From assembly GCA_023247445.1 (NCBI GenBank), contig JAHFGL010000010.1:1-60374 (forward strand): 60,374 nucleotides of DNA, given 5' to 3'. The notes below the pieces were generated by a model. It was not told where the DNA came from. It did no database searches and saw only the letters and a program-made list of their open reading frames with translations. The stretch is from Candidatus Omnitrophota bacterium. Lineage in GTDB: Bacteria; Omnitrophota; Gorgyraeia; Zapsychrales; Zapsychraceae. Below are positions 48,575 to 58,489 of this stretch, in pieces (the stretch's first letter is position 1; every line of letters begins with the position of its first letter). The position numbers were made by a program, and so were the translations under genes.

Positions 48575-49195
48575 TTAAATAATTACTTGCTTTAAACGGC
48601 TTAAACCATTAAACGTGGCTTTAACCACATTGATGGGATTGTTTGATCGATGACACTTGGTTAAAATATTTCGGATACCAGCTCCGTCACAAACCGCACG
48701 AACGGGTCCAGCGGCAATAACGCCCGTACCTTCACCAGCTGGTTTTAAAAGAACTTTAGCACTACCACACTCACCAATAATTTCATGTGGAATAGATGTT
48801 CCCTTCATCGAGACCTTAATCATCTGGCCTTTGGCAGCGTTCATGGCTTTACGAATGGCAATCGAAACTTCACTCGCCTTTTCAAGACTATACCCAACAC
48901 GCCCTTTGGTATCACCAACGACGACAAGTGCGCTAAAAGATAATTTTTTCCCACCCTTAGTAACTTTTGTAATTCTGTTGATTGAAACCACTTTTTCAAT
49001 AAATTCAGAGGTTTCGCGAGCAGCTGCGGTTTCAGCGGCTTTTAAACGTTTTGCGGCTTTGGCAACAGTTTGCGCAAGAACATCGTCACCCTCTAACTCA
49101 ACTTGTTTTGTTAGATCAATTCCCGGTTCTTTCGTTGCCTTTAATTCACGCTTTTTAGCGCTTTCGATCTTATCATCACCAAACTTCTTATTCAT
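48575..49195 (-). CDS. rpsE: 30S ribosomal protein S5 (long N-terminal extension)
   Basis: [24 protein letters not shown]. Confidence 0.97.
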   Translation of the reverse strand: MNKKFGDDKIESAKKRELKATKEPGIDLTKQVELEGDDVLAQTVAKAAKRLKAAETAAARETSEFIEKVVSINRITKVTKGGKKLSFSALVVVGDTKGRVGYSLEKASEVSIAIRKAMNAAKGQMIKVSMKGTSIPHEIIGECGSAKVLLKPAGEGTGVIAAGPVRAVCDGAGIRNILTKCHRSNNPINVVKATFNGLSRLKQVII

Positions 49196-49197
49196 AC

Positions 49198-49566
49198 TTA
49201 AAACTCCATTCCGGCTTGTCGAGCTGCCTCAGCAAACGCTTTAACACGGCCATGATATAAATATCCACCTCGATCAAAACAAACTTTTTTGATCCCTTTT
49301 TTCTGAGCTTCTTGAGCAAAATGAGTCCCTAAAATGGACGCGGCTTGCACATTGCCCCCGCTTTTAATCTTGCTACGAATATCTTTAGCAAGTGTTGATA
49401 CACCAAATAAAACTTTTCCAGCATTGTCATCAATGGCTTGAACAAAAAGATTGTTCAAACTGCGATGAACGCAGACGCGCGGTTTATTTGCCGTGCCACT
49501 GATCTTTGCACGAATTCTTTTATGACGATAAAATCTTTTAACTTCTCTTTCTTGACTATCACTCAT
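49198..49566 (-). CDS. rplR: 50S ribosomal protein L18
   Basis: [12 protein letters not shown]. Confidence 0.98.
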   Translation of the reverse strand: MSDSQEREVKRFYRHKRIRAKISGTANKPRVCVHRSLNNLFVQAIDDNAGKVLFGVSTLAKDIRSKIKSGGNVQAASILGTHFAQEAQKKGIKKVCFDRGGYLYHGRVKAFAEAARQAGMEF

Positions 49567-49575
49567 ATCTTAACC

Positions 49576-50115
49576 TTATTTTGTTACAGATTTTCCTTGT
49601 TTTCGACGAACAACTTCACCAGTATAACGAATGCCCTTACCCTTGTAAGGCTCAACTGGCTTAAGAGCTCGCATTTGAGAAGCAACGAGTCCGACACGCA
49701 TTTTATCTGAGCCCTCGACCTTAATCACTGTTTGATTATCAACAGCAACTTTCACATCATCTGGGACATCAAACTCGACAGGATGACTTAAACCTATACT
49801 AAAAATAACTTTTTTGCCTTGTAAAGCGGCTCTAAAACCAAGACCTTGAATCTCTAATTCCTTTTTATGTCCTTTTACAACACCCTCAATCATGTTAACT
49901 AAACTTGCACGGATCGTCCCATGATTAGCGCGATCTTGTTTTGTATCTGAAAGTCTATTGACAATTAATTTCGAATCTTTCAATTCAACTTTTATGCCTT
50001 GAGGAACTTTTAAATCAAGTTTACCTTTCGGGCCTTCAAAATGAACATTCTCATTATTAATCGAAACCTTCACATCTTTAGAAACATCTACCGGATTTTT
50101 ACCTATTCTAGACAT
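49576..50115 (-). CDS. rplF: 50S ribosomal protein L6
   Basis: MSRIGK, EPYKGKGIRY. Confidence 0.98.
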   Translation of the reverse strand: MSRIGKNPVDVSKDVKVSINNENVHFEGPKGKLDLKVPQGIKVELKDSKLIVNRLSDTKQDRANHGTIRASLVNMIEGVVKGHKKELEIQGLGFRAALQGKKVIFSIGLSHPVEFDVPDDVKVAVDNQTVIKVEGSDKMRVGLVASQMRALKPVEPYKGKGIRYTGEVVRRKQGKSVTK

Positions 50116-50121
50116 AGTTGA

Positions 50122-50517
50122 TTACCAAATGTGGCACAAAACTTCGCCGCCAATGTTTAACTTACGGGCTTCACGATCGTTAATGACACCTTTTGAGGTT
50201 GAGATAACAGCCGTACCCATTCCGTTTAAAACGCGTGGAATAGAATCTTTTTGAGCATACACGCGTAACCCTGATTTAGAAATTCTCTTGAGTCCCATGA
50301 TTGTCGATTTTTTATTTTGATACTTTAAATAAATCTTATAGCTGCCTTGAACGTCAGCCTTCATTAAACGAAAATCTTCAATGTATCCTTCGTTTTTAAA
50401 AATTTCCAAAATTCTTCCTGTTAATTTTGAAGCTCGCACATCAACCGTTTCTTTACCAGCGGAAGCGGCATTACGAATATTCGTTAACAAATCGCTAATT
50501 GGATCATGTAGTGACAT
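50122..50517 (-). CDS. rpsH: 30S ribosomal protein S8
   Basis: DPI.D.LT.IRNA, STSKG, GGEV. Confidence 0.98.
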   Translation of the reverse strand: MSLHDPISDLLTNIRNAASAGKETVDVRASKLTGRILEIFKNEGYIEDFRLMKADVQGSYKIYLKYQNKKSTIMGLKRISKSGLRVYAQKDSIPRVLNGMGTAVISTSKGVINDREARKLNIGGEVLCHIW

Positions 50518-50558
50518 AATTTAAATCCTTATATTTTCTATTATCTAATCTCTTAATT

Positions 50559-50651
50559 CCTTCGACGCGTTCCTCGTTTCACTCGTCACTTGCTCAGGAT
50601 GGTTCTCCGCTTCTCACCAACAATGGTGAGCAAGCAAAGCGCGTCGAACCA
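50559..50651. repeat. 93-nt REP-like element, family B copy 1 (rpsN-rpsH spacer)
   Basis: CCTTCGACGCG...GCTCAGGATGG...TGGTGAGCAAGC...GCGTCGAACCA; 85/93 identical to 52556-52648 by manual alignment. Confidence 0.9.
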
Positions 50652-50837
50652 TTACCAGCTTGCTTTTTTAACGCCAGGGATTTCACCTTTCCACGCCAAC
50701 TCTCTAAAACAGATACGGCAACAGCCAAATCGACGTAAATATCCTCTAGGACGGCCACACAATTGACAACGATTATGTTGTCGTGTTGAAAATTTCGCTT
50801 TTCGTAAACTTCGGTTAACTAATGATTTTTTCGCCAT
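50652..50837 (-). CDS. rpsN: 30S ribosomal protein S14, zinc-binding type Z
   Basis: [23 protein letters not shown]. Confidence 0.98.
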   Translation of the reverse strand: MAKKSLVNRSLRKAKFSTRQHNRCQLCGRPRGYLRRFGCCRICFRELAWKGEIPGVKKASW

Positions 50838-50845
50838 AGAATCCT

Positions 50846-51391
50846 TTACTTTTTAGTAAAAGGCATGCCTAAGAAATTTAATAATTCAAATGTGTGTTCT
50901 TTTGGCCCCTTATTAAAAACAAATGTAATATCCATTCCTTGTGTATGGGCTAATCTACCTGTATCAATCTCAGGAAAAATAGATTGATCAGAAATTCCGA
51001 GCGTATAGTTACCATCTTTATCAAATGATTTTCGCGAAACACCATTAAAGTCACGGATACGTGGAAGTGCAACATTAACTAAACGATCTAAAAATTCGTA
51101 CATTCTTTTTCGGCGAAGCGTGACCTTGCAACCAATGGCCGCATTTTCCTTTAGTTTAAAATTTGAAATCGCAACTCGCGCACGAGTAACTACTGGTTTC
51201 TGTCCAGTGATCATCGTTAAATCGGCAACCGCACTCTCTAAAATTTTAGGATCACCAATAGCTTTCCCAACACCCATATTGATTGCAATCTTTTCAAGAT
51301 GTGGAATAGCCATAAAATTATCAATACTACATTTTTCTTTCATATAACCGAAAGCTTCTGTTTGACATTTTTTCTGTAAACGTGGGACCAC
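50846..51391 (-). CDS. rplE: 50S ribosomal protein L5
   Basis: ITGQKP, LPRIRDF.G, IFPEI. Confidence 0.98.
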   Translation of the reverse strand: MVPRLQKKCQTEAFGYMKEKCSIDNFMAIPHLEKIAINMGVGKAIGDPKILESAVADLTMITGQKPVVTRARVAISNFKLKENAAIGCKVTLRRKRMYEFLDRLVNVALPRIRDFNGVSRKSFDKDGNYTLGISDQSIFPEIDTGRLAHTQGMDITFVFNKGPKEHTFELLNFLGMPFTKK

Positions 51392-51392
51392 T

Positions 51393-51704
51393 TTAAATTA
51401 CCTCACCTGTTTTTTTACTAACACGCATCTTATCCCCGTCTTTAAGGCGAGATGCCCCAAAACGAGTTGGTTTATTAGTTTTTTTATCGATCAACATAAT
51501 ATTAGAAACATGAATTGGGGCTTCACGCTGGACAAATCCACCTTGAGGGTTTTGTTGAGTTTTTCTGGCTGATTTTTTAATAATATTAATACTCTCAACT
51601 AATGCTCGGCCTTCCTTAGGAAAAATTCGTAAAACTTTTCCTGTTTTCCCTTTATCTTTTCCAGAAATAATCGAAACTACATCATCTTTTTTAATGTGTA
51701 ACAT
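51393..51704 (-). CDS. rplX: 50S ribosomal protein L24
   Basis: IKKDD.V..ISGKDKGK.G, EAPIHVSN. Confidence 0.97.
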   Translation of the reverse strand: MLHIKKDDVVSIISGKDKGKTGKVLRIFPKEGRALVESINIIKKSARKTQQNPQGGFVQREAPIHVSNIMLIDKKTNKPTRFGASRLKDGDKMRVSKKTGEVI

Positions 51705-51705
51705 A

Positions 51706-52074
51706 TTAAACAACCTCGGGAGCTAAAGAAATAATTTTCATATAATCTAAGTTTCGTAATTCTCGGGCAACTGGACCAAAAACGCGTGTCCCCTTTGGAT
51801 TGCCCGCCTCATCAACTAATACAACCGCATTGGTGTCAAATCGAACATAACTACCATCAGAACGTCGAATAGGAGCTCGTGTACGAACAATAATAGCACG
51901 AGATTTTTCCCCTTTTTTAACCGCGGCATCAGGTGCTGATTCTTTAATATTAACTTTTACGGTATCACCAATATGCGCGTGTCTGCGTCCCTTAGCTTGT
52001 AAAACACCAATGAGTGAAGCCTTGCGTGCGCCACTGTTATCTGCAACAACCAAAATTGTTTTCATCTGAATCAT
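51706..52074 (-). CDS. rplN: 50S ribosomal protein L14
   Basis: VADNSGA, GTRVFGPVARELR, SLAPEV. Confidence 0.99.
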   Translation of the reverse strand: MIQMKTILVVADNSGARKASLIGVLQAKGRRHAHIGDTVKVNIKESAPDAAVKKGEKSRAIIVRTRAPIRRSDGSYVRFDTNAVVLVDEAGNPKGTRVFGPVARELRNLDYMKIISLAPEVV

Positions 52075-52086
52075 AGAATCATCCCC

Positions 52087-52353
52087 TTAGCTGGACTTAA
52101 GAATATCTAAAATAACCCAGCGTTTTTCTTTAGACATGGGTCTTGTTTCCATCATACGCACAACATCACCAATTTTTGACTGATTCTTTTCATCATGCGC
52201 CTTATACTTAGAAGCGCGACGAACAATTTTATTATATTTGGAATGTTTCATCGACCATCGCACCTGAACCACGCGCGTTTTTTGCATCTTGTCGCTGACA
52301 ACAGTTCCTTCTAAAAACTTCCTGCGATTAATTCTTTCTTTAATCTCAACCAT
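52087..52353 (-). CDS. rpsQ: 30S ribosomal protein S17
   Basis: G.VVSDKM.KT, AHDE.N, ETRP.SK.KRW. Confidence 0.98.
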   Translation of the reverse strand: MVEIKERINRRKFLEGTVVSDKMQKTRVVQVRWSMKHSKYNKIVRRASKYKAHDEKNQSKIGDVVRMMETRPMSKEKRWVILDILKSS

Positions 52354-52543
52354 TCTTCAATTCTCTTTCTTTTAATATCGTAAGGATCTTGGCAATTAGT
52401 CGTCGTAATGACTTAAATCGGGCTGGTTTTTCAACGGTCCCAACTTTACGTTGATAATTTAATTCAAAAAGTTCTTTCTTAAACGTCTTTTCTTTTTGAA
52501 TTAATTCTTCCGAACCTAAATTGCGTAATTCTTTAATTTTCAT
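52346..52543 (-). CDS. rpmC: 50S ribosomal protein L29
   Basis: MK..ELR, KELFEL, IAKILT.L.ER; operon position. Confidence 0.95.
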   Translation of the reverse strand: MKIKELRNLGSEELIQKEKTFKKELFELNYQRKVGTVEKPARFKSLRRLIAKILTILKERELKNG

Positions 52544-52555
52544 AATCTTTTTTCT

Positions 52556-52648
52556 CCTTCGACGCGTTCCTCACTTTGTTCGTCACTTGCTCAGGATGGT
52601 TCTTCGCTTTTCACCAACAATGGTGAGCAAGCGAAGCGCGTCGAACCA
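52556..52648. repeat. 93-nt REP-like element, family B copy 2 (rplP-rpmC spacer)
   Basis: Near-identical to 50559-50651. Confidence 0.9.
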
Positions 52649-53065
52649 CTAACTTTCGTTTCGAGTAATAAATCGTGTTTTAACCGGCAATTTGAATGCG
52701 ACTAAACGAAAAACATATCGTGCAAAATCTTCGGGGATACCACTTAACTCAAACAACACTCGCCCACGCTTAACAACGGCTACCCAGTGACTTAACTCGC
52801 CTTTTCCTTTTCCCATACGAGTTTCTGGCGGCTTTTTGGTAACGGGTTTACAAGGAAAAATATTGATCCAAAACTTTCCAGCTCCTTTTAACTTTCGCGC
52901 AACGAGCACACGACTCGCTTCAAGATGAGCCCCTTTGACCAAACCATTTTCAAGCGATTTTAATCCAAACTCGCCGAAATGAAGGCGATTACCAGAAACA
53001 GCAACTCCACGTGTTTTTCCCTTTTGGGATTTACGATACTTAACTTTTCGGGGCATTAGTAACAT
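52649..53065 (-). CDS. rplP: 50S ribosomal protein L16
   Basis: ML.P...KYRK, ETRMGKGKG. Confidence 0.98.
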   Translation of the reverse strand: MLLMPRKVKYRKSQKGKTRGVAVSGNRLHFGEFGLKSLENGLVKGAHLEASRVLVARKLKGAGKFWINIFPCKPVTKKPPETRMGKGKGELSHWVAVVKRGRVLFELSGIPEDFARYVFRLVAFKLPVKTRFITRNES

Positions 53066-53093
53066 AACAAGCTACCTCTTCTTTAAAAATCTA

Positions 53094-53780
53094 TTAAACT
53101 TTATTTGTCTCGTCAATAGGAGCAGCGACCGGTGTTTGAATTTTTTTTATCTCTTTAATAACTTCCCCTCTATTAACCCAAGCTTTTACGCCAATGATCC
53201 CATAGGTCGTCAACGCTTCTGCAAAGCCATAATCAATATTCGCTCGTAAAGTCTGAAGAGGCAATTTCCCTTCTCGATACGATTCACTGCGGGCCATTTC
53301 TGCTCCATTAAGGCGGCCTGAACATTTAATTTTAATACCTTTCGCTCCTGAGCTTAATGATTGTTCCATCGCGCGCTTCATCGCTCGACGAAAAGCAACG
53401 CGTTTTTCCAACTGGAAGGCAATGTTTTGCGCTACCAATTGAGCATCAATAGAAGGATTTTTAATCTCTCGTGGCTCAATAGAAATTTCTTTGGTTGTGA
53501 TCTTTCCCAACTCAACCTTTAACTTATCAATATCAGCTCCACGACGACCAATAATAACACCGGGTCTGGCGGTATGAACAATAATCTTAATCTTCTCCGC
53601 TAATCGTTCGATAATAACTCTTGAAATAGCGGCCTGGATAAATTGCTTACAAATATATTTTCTAATTTTTGAATCTTCAACAACAAATTTTGTAAAATCA
53701 ACTTTTTCCGCGAACCATTGACTACGCCAATTTTCAATATAACCAATTCGTAACGCTATCGGATTTACCTTTTGTCCCAC
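53094..53780 (-). CDS. rpsC: 30S ribosomal protein S3
   Basis: MGQKVNP, ARPGVIIG, SGRLNGAE.AR. Confidence 0.99.
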   Translation of the reverse strand: MGQKVNPIALRIGYIENWRSQWFAEKVDFTKFVVEDSKIRKYICKQFIQAAISRVIIERLAEKIKIIVHTARPGVIIGRRGADIDKLKVELGKITTKEISIEPREIKNPSIDAQLVAQNIAFQLEKRVAFRRAMKRAMEQSLSSGAKGIKIKCSGRLNGAEMARSESYREGKLPLQTLRANIDYGFAEALTTYGIIGVKAWVNRGEVIKEIKKIQTPVAAPIDETNKV

Positions 53781-53793
53781 GAGAATTTTCCCC

Positions 53794-54129
53794 TTATTTT
53801 GTTTTTAAATCTAGTTCGATCGTTAAATGGGTTGTTCGTTTTAAAATTTCTGATGCCCGACCAAAAGACGCAGCTCTATAACGTTTCCAATTTGGTCCAG
53901 GATTGGCAACAATTTTAGAAATAACCAACTGCTCTTCCGTTAAACCTTTTTGTTTGGCATTAGCCACCGCTGAATTCAAAACTTTAGATATAATTTTTGT
54001 GCATCCTTTATCAACATGGGTCAAAACGACTTGTGACGTTGGGATATCTTTACCACGGATAAGATCAGCAACCAGTCTCATCTTCATGGGGGCAACGCGA
54101 ATATATCTTCCTTTAGCTTGAGCAATCAT
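53794..54129 (-). CDS. rplV: 50S ribosomal protein L22
   Basis: K.RLVADLIRG, SAVANA, KR..H.TI. Confidence 0.97.
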   Translation of the reverse strand: MIAQAKGRYIRVAPMKMRLVADLIRGKDIPTSQVVLTHVDKGCTKIISKVLNSAVANAKQKGLTEEQLVISKIVANPGPNWKRYRAASFGRASEILKRTTHLTIELDLKTK

Positions 54130-54142
54130 GAGTTTTTACCTT

Positions 54143-54430
54143 TTAAGTTTTTTGATCTGCTTTTTTAGCCTTAACTCCGCCGTGCTTTTTGAAAGTACGT
54201 GTTAAAGCAAAGTCGCCTAATTTATAACCAACCATATTTTCTGTAATAAAAACTGGTTGATGTTTGTGGCCATCATAAACAGCAATGGTGTATCCAACGA
54301 ATTCTGGTGTAACCGTTGATCGTCTTGACCAAGTTTTTAAAACTTGTTTCTGGCCGGAGGATATCATGCGATGCACTTTTTTTTGCAAACTTTCCTCGAC
54401 ATAAGCCCCTTTTTTAAGCGAACGTGTCAT
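54143..54430 (-). CDS. rpsS: 30S ribosomal protein S19
   Basis: RSLKKG, KTWSRRS, MVG.KLG.F..TR. Confidence 0.99.
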   Translation of the reverse strand: MTRSLKKGAYVEESLQKKVHRMISSGQKQVLKTWSRRSTVTPEFVGYTIAVYDGHKHQPVFITENMVGYKLGDFALTRTFKKHGGVKAKKADQKT

Positions 54431-54431
54431 A

Positions 54432-55271
54432 CTATTTTGATCCTCTTCTCTTTAAAATAAACTGACTAGAATATTTTCTTCGGTTTCGTGTTTTAAATCC
54501 TTTGGTCGGTTTTCCCCAAGGTGTAACGGGATGAGGATTTCCTTGTGGCGCTTTACCTTCCCCACCACCGTGAGGATGGTCAACGGCATTCATCGCGGCC
54601 CCGCGAATATGAGGAAGCCGTCCTAACCAACGATTTCTTCCTGCCTTACCAATAGAACGTCCCTCATGCTCAACATTACCCATTTGTCCGATTGTGGCGC
54701 GACAGAGAACTGCAATTCTTCTAACTTCGCTCGATGGCATGCGCACAAAAGCATAATCACCCTCTTTCGCTAAAAGCTGAGCTGAAGTTCCAGCGGAACG
54801 AGCGATTTGCCCACCTTTACCTGGTTTTAATTCAATATTATGAATGGCTGTCCCAAGAGGAATTCGACGAAGCGGTAAACAATTTCCTGCTTTAAAATCA
54901 ATATCTTTATCCATCGTACTTTCAACCTTGTCACCGACTTTTAACTCAAGTGGCGCTAAAATATATGATTTCGTTCCATCAGCATATTGGATAAGAGCAA
55001 TGCGGCAGGTACGATTTGGATCATATTCAATGGCTAAAACATCTGCTGGCTGATCAATACGATCACGTTTAAAGTCAACCAAACGATACATACGCTTATG
55101 TCCACCACCTATAAAACGCATCGTAATACGGCCATAACAATTACGTCCACCAGATTTTTTCAAAGGGACAAGCAAAGATTTTTCTGGTTTGCCTTTTGTA
55201 AGTTCGGCGAAATCAGAAATGATTGCGTGTCTTACCCCATTGGTTGTTGGTTTAAATTTTTTAAGTCCCAC
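54432..55271 (-). CDS. rplB: 50S ribosomal protein L2
   Basis: [29 protein letters not shown]. Confidence 0.99.
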   Translation of the reverse strand: MGLKKFKPTTNGVRHAIISDFAELTKGKPEKSLLVPLKKSGGRNCYGRITMRFIGGGHKRMYRLVDFKRDRIDQPADVLAIEYDPNRTCRIALIQYADGTKSYILAPLELKVGDKVESTMDKDIDFKAGNCLPLRRIPLGTAIHNIELKPGKGGQIARSAGTSAQLLAKEGDYAFVRMPSSEVRRIAVLCRATIGQMGNVEHEGRSIGKAGRNRWLGRLPHIRGAAMNAVDHPHGGGEGKAPQGNPHPVTPWGKPTKGFKTRNRRKYSSQFILKRRGSK

Positions 55272-55272
55272 G

Positions 55273-55551
55273 TTAAGTTACCTCGATTTTTTGGCCTTCT
55301 TGGAGAGTCACAACAGCCTTTTTCCAATCAGGAGTTTTCCCTAATTCATTACGGACTCTTCTTAATTTTCCACGCACAATCGTCGTATTTACAGATTGCA
55401 CCTTAACCTTATAAATTTCTTCAACGGCTTTCCTAATTTCGATTTTGTTCGATCTTGATGAGACTTCAAAAAGATATTGCCGATTAGGCTCCATCATCGT
55501 CCCTTTTTCTGTGCGAACTAATGTTTTAATCACGTCGTAACAAGTAATCAT
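55273..55551 (-). CDS. rplW: 50S ribosomal protein L23
   Basis: TEK, K.EI..AVE, WKKA.VTL. Confidence 0.97.
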   Translation of the reverse strand: MITCYDVIKTLVRTEKGTMMEPNRQYLFEVSSRSNKIEIRKAVEEIYKVKVQSVNTTIVRGKLRRVRNELGKTPDWKKAVVTLQEGQKIEVT

Positions 55552-56174
55552 TCTGTAATCCGTTTCAGTAAGTTTTTAAAAGCTGTTTTTGTTACTAAAA
55601 TTTTCTTATTTCTTAAAATGTCTGATGCATTGACATCTTGAGATCGCATTAAATTAAAGAATGGAAGATTGCGCGAAACGCGTTCAACGCTTGGATCACT
55701 GCCATCTAAAAGAGCCAAAACCTTACCTTTAAGTTTCAACAATTTTAAAATCGCCGCAAACTCTTTGGTTTTATTAAATGGTTTTTTCAGATCATCTAAA
55801 CAAACTAAATCTTTTTCTTGTAATTTTGAATTTAAACTTTCGCGCAAAGCAGCAATCTTAACTTTTCGTGGAATTTGATAACTATAATCTCTAGGATGTG
55901 GACCAAAGACAACACCACCACCTGCCCATAATGGAGAACGGCTAGATCCTGCACGGGCACGACCAGTTCCCTTTTGTCTCCATGGCTTTTTACCACCACC
56001 GGATACAGCCCCACGCTCTTTTGTCGATGCCATTCCTTGACGCGTATTGGCATTATACATAACAACCGCTTGATGCAAAACATGCGTATTAACGCGACCG
56101 CCAAAAACATTTTCTGGCAAATCGATATTATCGGATTCTTTACCATCTGTATTAAATATTGAAAGCTTACCCAC
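55548..56174 (-). CDS. rplD: 50S ribosomal protein L4
   Basis: KPWRQKGTGRAR.GS.RSP.W.GGG. Confidence 0.99.
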   Translation of the reverse strand: MGKLSIFNTDGKESDNIDLPENVFGGRVNTHVLHQAVVMYNANTRQGMASTKERGAVSGGGKKPWRQKGTGRARAGSSRSPLWAGGGVVFGPHPRDYSYQIPRKVKIAALRESLNSKLQEKDLVCLDDLKKPFNKTKEFAAILKLLKLKGKVLALLDGSDPSVERVSRNLPFFNLMRSQDVNASDILRNKKILVTKTAFKNLLKRITE

Positions 56175-56176
56175 TT

Positions 56177-56905
56177 TTACTTCCCACCTTTCGCTGCTGC
56201 TTTACCGCCGCCCGCTGCTTTTTTACTTTGTTTAAGCGGATTAACCTTTTTAGCCACCGCAACAATTTTCTCATCCAATGGTTTAAAGGCTCTTTTTTGT
56301 GATCTTTTTATAATGACGGTTCCGCGGTCTTGGCCGGGGATTGCGCCCTTAATAAAAACTAAATTCTTTTCGACATTCACTTCTATGACACGTAAACTTT
56401 GAACTGTTACTGTTTCATCTCCCATATGACCAGGCATGGTCCGTCCGGTAAAAGGACGTGATGGATAAGCACTTGATCCAATAGATCCAACACGTCTGTG
56501 ATGCATAGATCCGTGTGTAGCCCCACCACCCTTCCAACCATGACGTTTCATTCCTCCTTGAAATCCCTTACCAATCGAGATGCCTTGGATATCCACAAAA
56601 TCACCAGCCTTAAAAAAATCCGCTTTAATCTCTTGCCCAACTGTGTAACCGCTATTATCCGTCGATGATACTTCACGAACTGTTCGCATCGGGGCAACGC
56701 CAAGCTTCTTAAAAAATCCTAATTGGGGCTTATTAAGTTTTGATTCTTTGATAGGGTCAAAACCTAATTTTATTTTTTTGGGAGATTCTTTAATTTCCAA
56801 AACAGTGCAAGGACCGGTTTCAACAACAGTTACGGGAACAATCAGTCCGTCCTTGTTGAAAGTTTGTGTCATCCCAATTTTCTTACCAATCAATCCTTTA
56901 ATCAT
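56177..56905 (-). CDS. rplC: 50S ribosomal protein L3
   Basis: G.K.GMTQ, GKGFQG.MKRH, GHMG. Confidence 0.99.
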   Translation of the reverse strand: MIKGLIGKKIGMTQTFNKDGLIVPVTVVETGPCTVLEIKESPKKIKLGFDPIKESKLNKPQLGFFKKLGVAPMRTVREVSSTDNSGYTVGQEIKADFFKAGDFVDIQGISIGKGFQGGMKRHGWKGGGATHGSMHHRRVGSIGSSAYPSRPFTGRTMPGHMGDETVTVQSLRVIEVNVEKNLVFIKGAIPGQDRGTVIIKRSQKRAFKPLDEKIVAVAKKVNPLKQSKKAAGGGKAAAKGGK

Positions 56906-56916
56906 TTTATTCCTTA

Positions 56917-57219
56917 TTATTGCTTAATCTCAACATCGACCCCAGCTGGCAAATTAAGCTTACGTAACGCTTCAACTGTTTTTGCCGTTGGCTCAACTAA
57001 ATCAATAAGCCGTTTGTGAGTCGCCAGAGAAAATTGCTCTCGTGATTTTTTATCAATGACAGGTGATCGAAGGACTGTGTAAAGTTCCTTTTTTGTTGGC
57101 AGAGGAACCGGACCACTTACCTTTGCCCCTGTACGAATGGCTGTATCAACTATTTCTTGTGCCGATTGATCAATCAAACGATGATCAAACGCTTTTAATT
57201 TTATACGAATCTTTTGCAT
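56917..57219 (-). CDS. rpsJ: 30S ribosomal protein S10
   Basis: [22 protein letters not shown]. Confidence 0.99.
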   Translation of the reverse strand: MQKIRIKLKAFDHRLIDQSAQEIVDTAIRTGAKVSGPVPLPTKKELYTVLRSPVIDKKSREQFSLATHKRLIDLVEPTAKTVEALRKLNLPAGVDVEIKQ

Positions 57220-57242
57220 AACGCTCCAATACCCTTAATCAA

Positions 57243-58436
57243 TTACTGAATAATTTCGTGAATAACACCAGCTCCAACCGTACGACCACCTTCGCGGATA
57301 GCGAAACGTAATTCTTTTTCCATAGCGATGGGGACGATTAACTCAACTGTCATCTCCACGTTATCGCCAGGCATACACATCTCAACGCCCGCGGGAAGTT
57401 CAGCCGTTCCGGTTACGTCCGTTGTTCTAAAATAAAACTGTGGTCTATATCCTTTAAAAAATGGAGTATGACGTCCACCTTCTTCTTTTGTTAGGATGTA
57501 CGCCTTAGCCTTAAATTTCGTATGAGGCGTAATGGTTCCAGGCTTAGCTAAAACTTGACCACGTTCAATTTGTCCTTTATCAACACCACGTAACAAAAGT
57601 CCAACGTTGTCGCCAGCTTGACCTTGATCTAATTCTTTACGGAACATTTCAACACCCGTAATAACTGTCTTACCAACATCTTTTGTCATCCCGACGATAT
57701 CAACTTCTTCGCCGACTTTAACAATGCCGCGTTCGATTCTGCCTGTTGCAACTGTTCCACGACCAGAAATTGTAAAAACGTCTTCAACAGCCATCTGAAA
57801 TGGTTTTTCAAGTTCACGTACAGGTTCTTTTATAAAATCATCAACCGCTTGCATCAAATCGATGATTGGTTTGTTTTTTACAGGATCTTCAGGATTGTTT
57901 AATGCGTCCAATGCACTTCCACGAATAATTGGCGTCTTGTCTCCATCAAATTCATATTTACTTAAAAGTTCACGAAGCTCGAGTTCAACTAAATCTAACA
58001 ACTCTTTATCTTCAACTTGATCGCATTTATTCATAAAAACGACAATTGAAGGAACATTAACTTGACGAGCCAAAAGGATATGTTCTTTGGTCTGAGGCAT
58101 CGCCCCGTCGGTTGCGGCAACGACGAGAATGGCACCATCCATTTGAGCAGCTCCGGTAATCATATTCTTAATATAATCAGCGTGGCCAGGGCAATCAATG
58201 TGCGCATAATGTCGTTTATCTGTTTGATACTCAAGGTGAGAAATATTAATTGTAACACCTCGTTCTTTTTCTTCAGGAGCGTTATCAATCGAATCATAAG
58301 AACGTGCAGAGGCAAGACCCCTCTTGCTAAGAACCGTTGTGATCGCGGCGCTTAAAGTTGTCTTTCCATGGTCGACGTGACCAATGGTTCCGATGTTCAT
58401 ATGTGGCTTATTACGTAAAAATTTTTCCTTAGCCAT
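57243..58436 (-). CDS. tuf: Elongation factor Tu
   Basis: [31 protein letters not shown]. Confidence 0.99.
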   Translation of the reverse strand: MAKEKFLRNKPHMNIGTIGHVDHGKTTLSAAITTVLSKRGLASARSYDSIDNAPEEKERGVTINISHLEYQTDKRHYAHIDCPGHADYIKNMITGAAQMDGAILVVAATDGAMPQTKEHILLARQVNVPSIVVFMNKCDQVEDKELLDLVELELRELLSKYEFDGDKTPIIRGSALDALNNPEDPVKNKPIIDLMQAVDDFIKEPVRELEKPFQMAVEDVFTISGRGTVATGRIERGIVKVGEEVDIVGMTKDVGKTVITGVEMFRKELDQGQAGDNVGLLLRGVDKGQIERGQVLAKPGTITPHTKFKAKAYILTKEEGGRHTPFFKGYRPQFYFRTTDVTGTAELPAGVEMCMPGDNVEMTVELIVPIAMEKELRFAIREGGRTVGAGVIHEIIQ

Positions 58437-58489
58437 GTTGAATTTCCTCCTGTTTTTTTATTTTCTTATCTGTTAATTCTTTTAATTAA

